Of a stretch of DNA of 64,000 bases, positions 62,879-64,000 are shown piece by piece. The stretch spans positions 118,730,001 to 118,794,000 of the forward strand of contig OX597817.1 of NCBI GenBank assembly GCA_951406725.2, given 5' to 3'. The notes under the pieces are model-generated. The model was not told the origin of the DNA, did not search any database, and saw only the letters and a program-made list of their open reading frames with translations. This stretch comes from Octopus vulgaris (taxonomy: Eukaryota). The number at the start of each line of letters is the position of its first letter. Position 1 is the stretch's first letter. A program made the position numbers and the translations under genes.

Positions 62879-64000
62879 CATATGAAGAACAACGTTTCTT
62901 TTATATTTGTTTCATTAAATGCACGACTTTATTCATGATTATCTTTTATATATTAGCTTAGTTTTTAAATATTTTCCTATTGGTTTTTAACAATTGGTTT
63001 GGAACAACAGAGTTCCTAAATTTGTGTCCCACGTATCTAGATCTTCACAATTGTGTAGGACCTTGTGTTACGAACTCTGCTGTATGAAACAATTAGCATA
63101 AAAAGCTAATCAGAAATTATAAGCACTTCTGATACAGGATAAAATTTCGTCGTGGTCGTGTATGTAATGAAACGTGTGTATGTGTTAAAGGAATGAAAAA
63201 GCAGTTACACGAAATTATGAATTGTCAAAACAATTTCATAACGATGTCATACCTTTACATCATATGATGACTGCCGCTTTGTTGCAATGTATTTTCCAAG
63301 AAATACCAGTTTCTTTAAACTGTTTGTCGCAATTATCGAAGAACTACTAGATATTCCTTTGCATTTCTGATAATTGCATTCTGAGTAGCATGTCATTATA
63401 TCAGGATTACCTTTAATTTTGATATGAGACAATGCGTATTCAATATATTAATACATTTTTAATGATAGGAAATCATTTCCTTTGAATTTTCTGTACTAGC
63501 CGTGTATATGCTAGAAGCTAACTAGCTGTTTTAGCACGATCAACGGGATCTTGCTACATTGATGTGTATGTCTGTGTGTATGAATATACAGATTGAAGCA
63601 CTAACATAAACATGATGTTCAGGTGATCTGATGAGCTAGCCTTTATCTTCATTCATTTGTAAATGTGTCATTGTATTGTGCAGTGCCTAGCACGCTTGTT
63701 AGTGTAGACATTTAAAATAATTTATCATACATGAAAGCTAAAGTTACATTGATGACGGCTGCGAAACGGCAGTAATCCTAAGAATAAGTGGCTAAATAAA
63801 TATATTCACCTCGCATATCTCTTGATATCTTTGTACGGTTTATTTACTCTCCGTGAAATATTTTCATCGATTGAATCTTCTGCATTACATCTGCATTATA
63901 CTCTTCCGTGTTGGATTACAATGAGGAATGATAGCCGGATAGACGAGAGGACTTTTCTGTGACAGCCACGTGATTTTATCAATCCATATATTGCATACGC

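Overview
AT-rich, repeat-dominated eukaryotic DNA with no recognisable complete host gene. The dense (TA)n/(CA)n/(TAA)n microsatellites and the tRNA-derived SINE types suggest an octopus or other coleoid cephalopod (inference). Most of the window is transposon debris: a young 5'-truncated CR1-type LINE with a ~600-aa RT ORF, remnants of CR1, Tx1/L1, RTE, Dong/R4 and HERO non-LTR elements, several Tc1/mariner and pogo/Tigger elements, a Helitron fragment and many SINEs. The most interesting signal is not in the ORF track. It is a set of Penelope-like/retrozyme-type sequences marked by minimal type-I hammerhead ribozyme (HHR) motifs. The centrepiece is a near-identical ~560-bp tandem array (16.66-19.16 kb) with one HHR motif per unit and an internal fold-back, bounded by (TA)n on both sides. 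About seven further HHR-like motifs occur in unrelated sequence contexts. There is also a decayed Penelope GIY-YIG element with an inverted partial copy, a putative tRNA-headed HHR element, and several fold-back palindromes, most next to (TA)n. One possible 66-nt host exon and one CpG-rich, promoter-motif-rich segment were also seen. Coordinates of decayed elements are approximate, and all RNA structures were paired by eye.
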